Assembly: GCA_049512075.1 (NCBI GenBank)
Contig: JBEKXL010000005.1
Span: forward strand, 1 to 64,000
Direction of reading: 5' to 3'
DNA length: 64,000 nt
Source: Candidatus Bathyarchaeia archaeon
GTDB lineage: Archaea > Thermoproteota > Bathyarchaeia > Bathyarchaeales > Bathycorpusculaceae
The notes below the pieces were generated by a model. The model did no database searches. It was given only the letters and a program-made list of their open reading frames with translations, and was not told the origin of the DNA. A program made the position numbers and the translations under genes. Shown here in pieces: positions 18,924 to 28,684 of the stretch. Each line of letters begins with the position of its first letter. The stretch's first letter is position 1.

Positions 18924-20792
18924 CTAACCGTGGAATTGTGGTCTTTTTGATAGGTACTTTGGCAGTGGAAGTGCTTTGAAGGGTCTGTTAAGATTTGTTT
19001 TTTCGATTTCGCTCATCAACTGCTCAAGTTTCATGCTCTGCACTTTTCCCGCTGCCCTATCCCTTACCGGAATCATGCCGGAGTCAATTTCTCTTTTTCC
19101 CACTACGATTATGTAGGGGACCCACTCCATCTCGGCCTCGCGCACTTTTTTCTGCAGGGTCAATGCTCGATCATCAATGTCCACCCGCATGCAGTGCGCT
19201 TCCATTTCTTCAGCCATCTTTTCAACGTCCTTCAAGAAACCTTCCGATATCGGGATTATGCGGACTTGTGTCGGCGAGAGCCACAGCGGAAGCATAGGCG
19301 ACTTGCCGCGTTGCTGTTCCTTGTACGCTTTTTCAAGCAGCGCGTAAACGTCTCTTTCAATCGCTCCACTCGGGGAGCAGTGCAGAATTAGGGGGTGCTT
19401 TTTCTGGCCTTTTTCGTCGGTGTAGGTTATGTCGTATCTTTCAGCGTTTTCAACGTCAAGCTGGTCCGTTGAAAGAGCTGCAGCCTTGTTTTGATTGTCT
19501 ATGAAGTTGAAATCCCACTTAAGCACATAGTAGAAGAAGCGTTCGTTCCACATTTCAGCCAGAACCGGTCTGCCCGCCATTTTTGCTAATGAGGCGATGA
19601 ACTCTTTGTTTTCTTCGTAGAAGTCTTTGGTGAATCGCACTGCAATTTCATAATCCTTTTCGGATAGACCTATTTCTCCTAGGATTTGTATGCAGAGGTT
19701 GAACCTTGTCGCGTATTCTTCTTTTGCCTGCTCCAAGTCCGTGCAGAAGGCGTGGCAGTCGGGCATGCTGAAAGCTCTCAAACGTTTTAAGCCCACGAGT
19801 TCTCCGCTTTTTTCTCTTCTGAAACTGTAGCGGGTTAACTCGTAGACTTTCATGGGCATTTGTTTGTACGAGAACTGTGCGTCGTGAACCATCAAAAACT
19901 GTCCGAAACACGCGGCGAAACGCAGGAACAGTTCTTTGTCTTCTGACTTGAGTAGGTATTGTCTTGCGGGGAAACGATTCAGGTAATCTGCTAGGCTGGG
20001 GTGTTGGAAATCATACATAACCGGAGTCTCAACTTCCATGGCGCCGTACTCGTTCATCTTTTCAGTTACAAACTGTTCGAGCAGAGATTTGACAAGCCGT
20101 CCTTTGGGGTACCAGCGGATGTTGCCAGGGTCGCTTCCAAGTTCGTAGTCTGCGATTTCTAGTCTTTTCATCAAAGTCACGTGGGGCGGCATCTGCTGGC
20201 TTGCCCGAACCTTGGATATTTCATATTTTGCGAATTTCTCGAGATTTTCGTGGCCTTTGAAGTTGAAGTCTTCAACTGGAACGAGTTTTCCGTCTGGCTG
20301 GAGAATGTACCAGAAAGATTTGAGCTTTTCTTCAGCTTTGGCTGCTTCAGAAATCTTTTCTTCTTCCTTCTTCTCAGCTTTCGCGGGCAATATTACGCGG
20401 GACTGCTCGGCGAGAGGATGTCCTTTTATCGAAATTGTGAACTGCTTGTTCCAGCCGAAAGGTGCGCGGAATGTTTCTATGCCCTTCTTCTTCGCGTAAG
20501 CTTCCATGGCCTTTACATTTTTCAATGCCTCTGACGGTTTAGCCAGATTGCTGCTCAAGTGCGCATAGGGGTAAATCAAAATGCGGTTTATCTTTTGCTT
20601 TACAAGGAAGGTCTGAACCTCGTCGATGGCTCTCTGACCTACAGTCTTGTCGTCGCCTTCCTCCACCGCCGTGAACAACACGAGCAGTTCTTCTAAGCGA
20701 ACCTCTTTCTTTTCAGCCTCTTCAGCCATAGCAACCTCTTTCTTTACAGGTCTGTAGACGATGAAGTCTGAGTGCAACTGCAATATTCGCAT
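18924..20792 (-). CDS. thrS: Threonine--tRNA ligase with archaeal editing domain
   Basis: MRILQLHSD, YPYAHLSS, APFGWNK, FAACFGQF, RLRAFSMPDCH, HCSPSGAIER. Confidence 0.97.
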   Translation of the reverse strand: MRILQLHSDFIVYRPVKKEVAMAEEAEKKEVRLEELLVLFTAVEEGDDKTVGQRAIDEVQTFLVKQKINRILIYPYAHLSSNLAKPSEALKNVKAMEAYAKKKGIETFRAPFGWNKQFTISIKGHPLAEQSRVILPAKAEKKEEEKISEAAKAEEKLKSFWYILQPDGKLVPVEDFNFKGHENLEKFAKYEISKVRASQQMPPHVTLMKRLEIADYELGSDPGNIRWYPKGRLVKSLLEQFVTEKMNEYGAMEVETPVMYDFQHPSLADYLNRFPARQYLLKSEDKELFLRFAACFGQFLMVHDAQFSYKQMPMKVYELTRYSFRREKSGELVGLKRLRAFSMPDCHAFCTDLEQAKEEYATRFNLCIQILGEIGLSEKDYEIAVRFTKDFYEENKEFIASLAKMAGRPVLAEMWNERFFYYVLKWDFNFIDNQNKAAALSTDQLDVENAERYDITYTDEKGQKKHPLILHCSPSGAIERDVYALLEKAYKEQQRGKSPMLPLWLSPTQVRIIPISEGFLKDVEKMAEEMEAHCMRVDIDDRALTLQKKVREAEMEWVPYIIVVGKREIDSGMIPVRDRAAGKVQSMKLEQLMSEIEKTNLNRPFKALPLPKYLSKRPQFHG

Positions 20793-20812
20793 GGAACACG
20801 TGCCTCCCGATT

Positions 20813-21019
20813 CTAGGCGCTGTAGCGCCATTTCTCAAACTGCTTATCTTTCTTTGTCTTCTTCTTGTACTCTTTGTAATGTTCTTTGCAGAGGTAAGCC
20901 CGCTTCTCGTTGCCCACTTTGAGACTAGCAGCCTTTACCTTTTCACCTGAGAGTGAACGAACTGCTTCTCGCCCGCAGCCTGACACGCTGCACTTCGCGC
21001 CCTTATCAATGCGTCCCAC
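20813..21019 (-). CDS. Small basic Zn-binding archaeal hypothetical protein
   Basis: GTG start: MGRIDKGAKCSVSGC...YLCKEHYKEYKK; CxxxxC...CxxH ligands. Confidence 0.7.
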   Translation of the reverse strand: MGRIDKGAKCSVSGCGREAVRSLSGEKVKAASLKVGNEKRAYLCKEHYKEYKKKTKKDKQFEKWRYSA

Positions 21020-21295
21020 ATTTAACGCCTCAGCTTTGTCCGATGTTTGACGCATACAATACGCGTAATTCCTTAATCTCTTTTTCCGAAAGAAAATCCT
21101 CAGCTCGCATCCTAGACGAGGGACTTCAACCTGCTGGCTTTTCACGCGCGATGAATTTGAACCGGCGCCGCAATGAAGACGCCCCCATGGGCTTCTCTTT
21201 TTCTAGCTTTTGAATGCTTGAAATTCTTTCTTCTACAGGTCATCATCATTAGTAGTTTTTCGCCCTTGGTCTAATATGAAGCCAAAACTAATAGC

Positions 21296-23731
21296 TTGGA
21301 GTCCCATCATATATTGATTCGTGAGTCCAGTTTGGCTGCTCAAAGGAAAAGGTTAGTTCTTCCATTCTCTGCGATTGTAGACATGGACAAGCTTAAACTG
21401 GCTATTTTGATAAACGCAATCAACCCTAAGATTGGTGGAGTGCTCATAAGAGGGCCGAAAGGGTCAGGGAAAAGCACGATAGTTCGATCTTTGACAGATA
21501 TTCTTCCAAGAATAAGAGCCGTTAAGGGTTGTCCATTCAACTGTAGTCCTGACGACCCGTCTAACATGTGTCCATTATGCCTTGCAAAATACAAAAAGGA
21601 CGAAAAGGTGCCAGCTGAAGAGAGAGAAATGGTTGTTGTTGACCTGCCCCTTGGAGCCACGGAGGACAGAGTAATAGGAAGTCTGGACGTTGAGAAGGCA
21701 ATAAAGCAGGGGATAGAAGCGCTGGAACCTGGAATCCTATCAGAGGCAAATCAAAACATCCTTTACGTGGACGAAGTCAATCTGCTGCCAGACCATATAG
21801 CGGACGATTTATTGGACGCTGCAGCTACTGGATGGAACATAGTTGAAAGGGAAGGCGTTTCTGTAAGTCACCCGTCCCGCTTCATATTCATCGGAACCAT
21901 GAACCCAGAAGAAGGAGAACTAAGACCACAACTTCTTGATCGCTTCCCGCTGTCAGTTACTGTCGGAACCATAACGTCCATCGAGGACAGGGTCGAAGTT
22001 GTCAAGAGAACGATGGGGTTTGAAGCTGAACCTGAAAAGTTCTATGAAAAATACGTGCCGATGCAGGACGAACTGCGGAGAAGGATAGTTGAAGCAAGAA
22101 AAGTGCTGAACCGAATAGCTTTCTCAGAAGATATCCTCAAGAGTATTTCCAAAGCATGCTTAGATTTGAAAGTCGATGGTTTACGGCCTGATATCATTAT
22201 TGCTAAGGCTTCCGCAACCTTAGCGGCATTTGAAGGCAGAACAGAAGTCACCCCTAATGACATCTTGGTTGCTGCCGATCTCACTCTGAGTCATAGGACG
22301 AGGGAAGGCGGCTTCATAGAACCCGCGACCAGCCAAGAAATAAAGGAAACCTTCTCAGCATCTCTCAAGAGTGTCTTCCAGTTTGAGGAATCTGGCAGTG
22401 CGACGAAGAAACAACCGGAAAAGAAGCATGTGTTCAAAGGAAAAACCATGTTTTGGGTGAAAAAGGATGCTAAAGAACAGGAAGAAGAACGGGCAAACAA
22501 AGATAATGCTTCCACTAAAACCAACAATGTTTGGACAAAGATGCGCCTAGTCCTCAATAGGGTCCTTGGGGGCGTTATTTTCGGTATGGGAAGAAAGTTG
22601 AAGAAAAGCCCCGAGAATGCAACCGCAGCTGAAGGGCTGCTTAAGGGAACCAAAAAGCTGAGGGGGGAAGTCCTCGAAGAGAAGGTTGAGGCGAAAAAAG
22701 GCGGATCTGGAATTCCCACTGTTGGCAACGCGGCTAGCTCAAGTGTTTCCGAAGGTTATCCTATCATGACTGGGCCAGGGACGAAGGTCGTTTCGCCGTC
22801 CAAGTTCTATCTAAAAATGGGAGGAATCAAAACAAGAAGACGCGGCGCTCACATCGGAAGGCATGCCCAGGCAGTAACCGCGAGCCAAAGAGGCAGACCT
22901 TACGGTTGGGCGTTCCCTCACGGAAGGGCTTTAGACATACACATACCAGCCACGATCCGAGAAGCTTCGAGAAAGCAGAAGAGTCGCGAGAAACCCTCAG
23001 ATGTTGCATTAAGAATACTTGTTGAAGACCTGCGCGAAAAGTTAAGATATCATAAAGCTGCTCTAACGATGGTTTTCGTGGTTGATTTAAGCGGTTCTAT
23101 GCTTTTCAATCTCGGAGCTGTCAAAGAGGCGCTGCTTGGGCTTCATGGTGACGCTCATAGATACAGAGATCGCGTTGGAATAGTAGCGTTGAAGGATCTT
23201 GGCGCCGTTGTTGTTCAGCATCCCATAACAAACCTGAGGGTTGTAGCCAACAAGCTTGTCGGTTTGCGAGTGAGTGGCTACACACCACTTGCCACTGGAA
23301 TGTTAAAGGCTTGGGAGGTTTTGAAGGAGGCTGAACGACGAGATCCTTCGACCGTGCCTGTGATGGTAATCGTCACTGATGGCAGCGCGAATGTCCCTCT
23401 TAAAAAGAGTCTGGAGACTGGCGAGTTTCGTCGTATAGAGGAAGCTCGGGTAATCGTTAGAGAGTATGAAGATTTGGCTGTAAGGGATGTATTATCCGTC
23501 TCCAGAATGATAAAACGCGAAAGAATACACACGATAGTTGTGAACACCAACCCGCATGCTTACGGTCGTGAGACCTACGGATTCGAGGTGACACAACTTA
23601 TTGCTTCAAAAACCAACGGAACCCACCATGCTGTCGGCAGATTGGCGACGCAAAAGGAGATGGTTGAGAACATGCTTGAACACCTAAAAGAAGACCAGCA
23701 AATGATAGGAATCGAAGGCTTCCCAAACTGA
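21296..23731 (+). CDS. ChlI-like AAA+ ATPase fused to vWA domain (ChlD/CobT-like chelatase subunit)
   Basis: PFSAIV, GPKGSGKST Walker A, LYVDEVN Walker B, GTMNPEEGELRPQLLDRF; C-terminal DLSGSM MIDAS, TPLA, VTDG. Confidence 0.85.
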   Translation: MESHHILIRESSLAAQRKRLVLPFSAIVDMDKLKLAILINAINPKIGGVLIRGPKGSGKSTIVRSLTDILPRIRAVKGCPFNCSPDDPSNMCPLCLAKYKKDEKVPAEEREMVVVDLPLGATEDRVIGSLDVEKAIKQGIEALEPGILSEANQNILYVDEVNLLPDHIADDLLDAAATGWNIVEREGVSVSHPSRFIFIGTMNPEEGELRPQLLDRFPLSVTVGTITSIEDRVEVVKRTMGFEAEPEKFYEKYVPMQDELRRRIVEARKVLNRIAFSEDILKSISKACLDLKVDGLRPDIIIAKASATLAAFEGRTEVTPNDILVAADLTLSHRTREGGFIEPATSQEIKETFSASLKSVFQFEESGSATKKQPEKKHVFKGKTMFWVKKDAKEQEEERANKDNASTKTNNVWTKMRLVLNRVLGGVIFGMGRKLKKSPENATAAEGLLKGTKKLRGEVLEEKVEAKKGGSGIPTVGNAASSSVSEGYPIMTGPGTKVVSPSKFYLKMGGIKTRRRGAHIGRHAQAVTASQRGRPYGWAFPHGRALDIHIPATIREASRKQKSREKPSDVALRILVEDLREKLRYHKAALTMVFVVDLSGSMLFNLGAVKEALLGLHGDAHRYRDRVGIVALKDLGAVVVQHPITNLRVVANKLVGLRVSGYTPLATGMLKAWEVLKEAERRDPSTVPVMVIVTDGSANVPLKKSLETGEFRRIEEARVIVREYEDLAVRDVLSVSRMIKRERIHTIVVNTNPHAYGRETYGFEVTQLIASKTNGTHHAVGRLATQKEMVENMLEHLKEDQQMIGIEGFPN

Positions 23732-23909
23732 ACACTTATGAAATCTCTGCCTCAGAAGAAGGCTGCCCATTGAAACGTAAGAGAAATGAAAGAATGGGTC
23801 AGCTTCAAAAAGAACTCTTCCCCCTAGAATAAGCCTTGGTTAGAGCAGACCCAGGAGATCAATACTTTGCTTAAGAACTATGTTCTTGTTGGATTGCAAT
23901 AAGTGGGGT

Positions 23910-23923
23910 GAAAGAAAAAAGGG
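23910..23923 (-). terminator. Oligo(T) archaeal terminator
   Basis: CCCTTTTTTCTTTC immediately after the stop of the cohesin-domain gene. Confidence 0.5.
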
Positions 23924-24670
23924 TTATTGATTTGGTGTTTTTCTCGTTAATTTTCGTTTTATCACGATGAGAAACAGTGCTGCACATGCAAATGGCATCA
24001 AATAAGGCAATATTGCGGCCGATAGTCCGTGACCAGTGTTGTCCGACGTGCTTGAAGGAGAGGTTGCTGGCGGAGATATGGGTTCGCCGTAGCTTGCGCT
24101 GTAAAGCTGGGGGACGACCTCAACATAACCTGTTTCGCTGGAAGGTTGTGTGGTCATGAAATAGGTTCCGGCAGCAGTGCCGCCCCCGAAGTACTGGATC
24201 AGCTGTATCGATGAAGAGCCGTCTGAAATCACTGTGAAAGTGACTGTAAACAGAACAGCTCCTCCGTTTACGCCTGAAGCATCTAACGTGTCGCTACGAC
24301 TCGCTACGTAGTAGACCTGTCCATATGTTGGCCCGTTGTAGGTCAGGTTTGAGAATGCGTCGAAGATGATGGACTCGTTTTTAATGATAAAAGGAAACTG
24401 GAATACTGATGCGGGCGTTATGTCAACTAGTTTTAGTACCGTGGGATCATAGTGAATGTCTACTTGAACGGCATAAATGTCGGTGCAGTTTTCGGCTGAA
24501 ACGTTGACACTGAAGGAGTCGCCTATGGCAAGGTTTCCGGTTTGCGTCGGAAGAATTCTGATTGCAGTTTGTGGCTGCTCTTCGACGTTGACACTTCTTG
24601 CGATGTTTAATGCTGGCTGCACAAGTAATATGACGATAGCGAGGGATAGAAGCAAAGATTTCGTGTTCAT
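23924..24670 (-). CDS. Secreted cohesin-like domain protein with C-terminal membrane anchor
   Basis: Signal peptide; GDSFSVNV...IYAVQVDIHYDPTVL...GGAVLFTVTFTV; S/T/P linker; TM helix plus basic tail. Confidence 0.75.
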   Translation of the reverse strand: MNTKSLLLSLAIVILLVQPALNIARSVNVEEQPQTAIRILPTQTGNLAIGDSFSVNVSAENCTDIYAVQVDIHYDPTVLKLVDITPASVFQFPFIIKNESIIFDAFSNLTYNGPTYGQVYYVASRSDTLDASGVNGGAVLFTVTFTVISDGSSSIQLIQYFGGGTAAGTYFMTTQPSSETGYVEVVPQLYSASYGEPISPPATSPSSTSDNTGHGLSAAILPYLMPFACAALFLIVIKRKLTRKTPNQ

Positions 24671-24805
24671 TACCGACCCTCATGATACAGATGCTCGGTT
24701 TGGGATTTAAGCTTTTAGCTTTGTTACACCTCTATCGGTGTGAATTTATGACGAAGTTTTTATACCTGCCTACCCAGCTTCTATTAGCTGTGTCAAGGTG
24801 GAAAA

Positions 24806-25663
24806 GTGGAGGAAAGTGTCTACAATCTCCTTAGAGAGATGGGTTTAAGCCCCTACGAGATAGATGCCTTAATGGCTCTTCTATCCATAGGTTCGTCATC
24901 GGCAGTAGATGTACTCCCCTTGTGCAAAGTGCCGAGATCACGGATTTACCAGGTTCTCACCGACTTGGTTTCGAAGGGATTTGCCTCAATGAAGCCTGGA
25001 AAACCAACCGTTTATGAAGCTGTTCCACCGAGGGATGCATTCGGATACAGACTCTACATGCTAAGAACCGAGACCGACCGCAAGATCAAAGGCATGGAAA
25101 GTAAGGTTGAAAGCGTTATACCTGTTCTTGAAAAGATATCCAGATTGAAACCGAACAGGTCCATTGGACCAGAAGACATAGCATGGGTGTATTACAATGA
25201 GGAACGTTTCCGAAACAACATTACTGAGCTAATTCTCAATTGCAGTAAAAGCTTCAGATCATTCACTTCGGCGGCAAGTGGTATAAGTCGTCAAGACACA
25301 TACAGAAGTCGAATAGGCGCTATCTACGCGGCACTCGAAAAAGGTGTGGACGTGAAGCTAATTCAAACATTAGACAGTAGCGTGGATTTCGAATTGTATC
25401 TAGACTTTATTGGAAAGGGAGCCAAACATATGGTTCCAACAGTCGAACCCAAGGAATCATTTTGGATAATTGATGCCAACACCGTTGCCCTTCTTGTCAA
25501 AGATGAAAACGGAAGGTTCAGATACGGGTTAGTGGTACAAGATCCATTTATAAGTAGTTTGCTCAATCGATACTTCGAAGACCACTGGGAAAAATCGGTT
25601 CCAGCTGAAAAAGTCATCCAGCAACTTCAAATGGAGCGACCCAAAAGAAAACACCTGTCATAG
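24806..25663 (+). CDS. TrmB family transcriptional regulator
   Basis: LREMGLSPYE, VPRSRIYQVLTDLVSKG, KPTVYEAVPP; C-terminal effector domain. Confidence 0.88.
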   Translation: MEESVYNLLREMGLSPYEIDALMALLSIGSSSAVDVLPLCKVPRSRIYQVLTDLVSKGFASMKPGKPTVYEAVPPRDAFGYRLYMLRTETDRKIKGMESKVESVIPVLEKISRLKPNRSIGPEDIAWVYYNEERFRNNITELILNCSKSFRSFTSAASGISRQDTYRSRIGAIYAALEKGVDVKLIQTLDSSVDFELYLDFIGKGAKHMVPTVEPKESFWIIDANTVALLVKDENGRFRYGLVVQDPFISSLLNRYFEDHWEKSVPAEKVIQQLQMERPKRKHLS

Positions 25664-25750
25664 GGTTCACTATTTGGAGTATCGCCAGAAAATAATAATG
25701 CACTGCGAACTGTCGTACGCAAGTATTTGTTGAACATTCAAGTTTATCTT

Positions 25751-26659
25751 CTAAATTCCTTTTTCAGCCAACGTGCGTGCTCTTCGATAGATTTCCTCTT
25801 TGTCGCCGAATGATGTCGGGCCGATTCCCTCGACGACTAGCGAAGCAGCTGCAGAACCTACGTGTGAGCACCAGGCGCAATCTTCACCACGGGCGTATTC
25901 TGCTAGGAAAGCTCCGATGAAGGCGTCTCCGGCTCCGGTTGGGTCGACGAATTTCTCAGGTTTGTGGGCTGGGACTCTGTGGATCGTGTCTTCAACGGAA
26001 ACTAAGGCACCTTCCGCTCCTAGAGTGACGATGACTATTCTGACGCCTTGGCTGTGCACAGCTTTTATGGCTGAATCAACGTCGGATAGGCCCGTTAGGG
26101 TTTCGATTTCCCTCGGCGCAGACTTGAAAACGTCAATGAGGCCTAGGATGCGTCTGTCCCTTGGCTGTTTAAGTGTGACATTTCCGTTTTCGTCGAAATT
26201 TCGTACGAGTCCTTGCGGGTCAAGGGACATGACTTCTGTGCAGCTTCTCAGTTTCTCGGCCACCTCATGTGTGACTTCGCCGGCAATTGGTGCAAGGTGT
26301 ATGATCCTGGCTTTCAGAGGGTTAGGCAAGTCCTCGACACGAATAGGGGGCATCCTGTTCTTTGAGCAGAGTGTGCGGCTCGACAGGTCATTGTCGTATC
26401 TCAGTTCGAAGCGGGTGGTGAGCGCATTCTGCACGTCGGTCACTCCGGACAAATCTACGCCCTCTTGTTGGAGCCACCATTTGTAAGCTGCTGGGAAATC
26501 AGCACCGACTGTTGAGATGACTGATACTCTTGCGTCTAAATGCCTTGCCGCAAACGAGACGTAGGCGACCGAGCCGCCTAGAACGGTGAATGCGGTTTGT
26601 CGACTCGGCAGGAAAATTGAATCTATGCTGAAATGACCGACGGACACGATGTCAAACAA
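25751..26659 (-). CDS. PfkB family carbohydrate/nucleoside kinase
   Basis: LGGSVAY, DPQG, VTLGAEG, DPTGAGDAF. Confidence 0.9.
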   Translation of the reverse strand: MFDIVSVGHFSIDSIFLPSRQTAFTVLGGSVAYVSFAARHLDARVSVISTVGADFPAAYKWWLQQEGVDLSGVTDVQNALTTRFELRYDNDLSSRTLCSKNRMPPIRVEDLPNPLKARIIHLAPIAGEVTHEVAEKLRSCTEVMSLDPQGLVRNFDENGNVTLKQPRDRRILGLIDVFKSAPREIETLTGLSDVDSAIKAVHSQGVRIVIVTLGAEGALVSVEDTIHRVPAHKPEKFVDPTGAGDAFIGAFLAEYARGEDCAWCSHVGSAAASLVVEGIGPTSFGDKEEIYRRARTLAEKGI

Positions 26660-26701
26660 GTATGCTCCAAGCCTCTGTTGGAATATTGTGTTGAAGTAAA
26701 C

Positions 26702-27245
26702 TTAAAGCCAGCGGCGCGCTTTTTCTACTTCGCTTTTGCCGTTCTGAGCCCCAGGTTTCTTGTTGGGCATTCGCTTCCTTGATTTTTTCGCGCTCGTGCG
26801 TGCGAGTTTCAGTTTCAAATATTCACCTATCAGGATAGCGGCAGGGTAGTAAACCTCTTCCTCGGTCTGTGCGTGTAAGGTCAGTCTGTCGGCAAAGCGG
26901 ACGTACTTCAATTTCTTCTCTTTCCTTGCTGCAGTGACCAGTTCTTCCAGCAGAGCCATTATTTCTTCATGCTCCTTAAGCATCTGGTTGAGGTCTGTCT
27001 TCAGCTTGTCGGTCATCAGCAGAATGTCCTTCATGTCTGAGGTTACTTTGCCTTTTGACAGTGAAGGCAACAGCCCGAGTGGTGGCAAGGCGAAGTCTTC
27101 CTCTTTCACGAAATGTGGATGGACAACCCCTGCTAGCCTTTTCGCAGTTCTTCCCCGTTGCGTCACCTGCTGTCGTGGCTTTCCTCAGTTCCGCATGAAG
27201 CTCTTCATGCTCCTTCTCCATTGTCTTGGGAATCTTGTAATCCAT
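26702..27245 (-). pseudogene. Hemerythrin/HHE-domain protein split by a 1-nt frameshift
   Basis: MDYKIPKTMEKEHEELHAELRKATTAGDAT in one frame continues as RTAKRLAGVVHPHFVKEEDFALPPL...MLKEH...HAQTEEEVYYP in another; shift at the C4 run 27153-27156. Confidence 0.8.
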
Positions 27246-27298
27246 CGTTAAACTCTCTCCATATTTGTCAGATTCTGTTGATAGCTAGTGATGTAATT

Positions 27299-27454
27299 TC
27301 AGGGTCTCACACATTCGGCTTTCGGTCGATACGGCCGTTTTGAGGTTCTCTTCCGTTTATGGTAGGCGCATTCTTGGATTCGTATTACCATGTATCCGTT
27401 GTCCTGATATTTGCATCCGCAAGGCAGTGTTGTTATCTTTTCTTCCATGCTCAT
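27299..27454 (-). CDS. Putative 51-aa Cys/His-rich microprotein
   Basis: MSMEEKITTLPCGCKYQDNGYMVIRIQECAYHKRKRTSKRPYRPKAECVRP*. GGTG precedes the ATG; below the ORF-track length cutoff. Confidence 0.55.
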   Translation of the reverse strand: MSMEEKITTLPCGCKYQDNGYMVIRIQECAYHKRKRTSKRPYRPKAECVRP

Positions 27455-27532
27455 GCACCGTTTGTCAATGGTTCATGTAGTGTCGCACGTTGTCCTTCTC
27501 CCTTCTTGCTGTACGAGAGTGAGCCTACGTTT

Positions 27533-28519
27533 CTAGGGCATGAATCTCTTGTAGACGGGGTGTCCCCTGAACTGCAAGGTTGTTTCTGACTTTTCCACGG
27601 TTCCGCTGGGCAATCTCATGCAAAGAGAGTTGACGATTGCTCCTTCTGGGATGAATCGCACGCCGTCCAGCAGTTCGCCTTTCGTCACGCCTGAGGCGGC
27701 GAAGACAAGTTCGTTGCCTTTAGCCAACTCGTCTTGGCAATAGGTTCTGTCCACATCAACTCCTTCCGTCTTTAGTCTGTCCAGTCTTTTTGGATCGTCT
27801 TTCTTGTCTCTCCAGACCTTCACGAGCATGGTGCCGCCCAGAGTTTTGATGGCTGTGGCTGCAATAGTTGCCTCGGGTCCTGCGCCCGCACCTAAGAGGA
27901 GATCTACGCCTGAACTTGGTCTGCACGTGACGACTGCTCCTGCGATGTCGCCGTCTGGAATGAGGATGATTCGCACGCCTAGCTTTCTTAGGCAATGTAG
28001 AATCTCAATGTGCCTCTCACGCTCCAGCATTATGACCGTGAAGTTTTCAAGAGGCAAACCTTTTTCTCGAGCGACTGTGCGCACGATCTCTTCAATCGAC
28101 ATGTCTAAGGAAATCTTTCCAATCGCGTGGCGGTCAGTCGCCACTTTGAAGTAGTATCCATCGTCGGGGAGAACTTGGAAGCAGCCAGCGGGCGCACAGG
28201 CAAGCGCAGAGATGGCGTCTTTTCTACCTTTGGAGGCAGCGGTTGTGCCGTCCACTGGATCAACGACAAACTCGACTTTCGGGCCTTTGCCGGTTCCAAC
28301 CTTTTCTCTACGTGTGAATGCGGGAGCGTTGTCCTTAGGTCCCTCGCAGAGTATCACCTCACCCTCAACGTCTGTCTGAGCCAAGACCGCTCTTGAGAAT
28401 TCGACTGCATTCGAGTCTATCAAGTCCTCGTTACCTTGGCCGATATGCATCGCTGCTCCAACAGCCCCGGCGACGGTGATCCTGGTTAACGAAGGTGCCA
28501 AAGCTCTGAGAGTGACCAA
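27533..28519 (-). CDS. glpX: Class II fructose-1,6-bisphosphatase (GlpX family), divergent
   Basis: EGPKDNAP, VDPVDGT, ILIPDGDIAG, FAASGVTKGELLDGVRF. Confidence 0.82.
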   Translation of the reverse strand: MVTLRALAPSLTRITVAGAVGAAMHIGQGNEDLIDSNAVEFSRAVLAQTDVEGEVILCEGPKDNAPAFTRREKVGTGKGPKVEFVVDPVDGTTAASKGRKDAISALACAPAGCFQVLPDDGYYFKVATDRHAIGKISLDMSIEEIVRTVAREKGLPLENFTVIMLERERHIEILHCLRKLGVRIILIPDGDIAGAVVTCRPSSGVDLLLGAGAGPEATIAATAIKTLGGTMLVKVWRDKKDDPKRLDRLKTEGVDVDRTYCQDELAKGNELVFAASGVTKGELLDGVRFIPEGAIVNSLCMRLPSGTVEKSETTLQFRGHPVYKRFMP

Positions 28520-28684
28520 ACACTACGCCTCTCAAATCAGTTATGAAGCTTCAATACCTTTTCTAGCTTCTGGTCTATTTCCTTTGTGTATCAAACAGGC
28601 TCCCTAGTCTGCGTCGATTTGACTACATTGAATGAAAGCCTTGAAAGGTAGTGTTCAACATTATTTACGAGTTGGATCTAAATA

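Noticed and set aside
21020-21295. Possible ncRNA or C/D-box sRNA (ATGATGA on the minus strand near 21245)
   Set aside because: No matching D box or convincing secondary structure.
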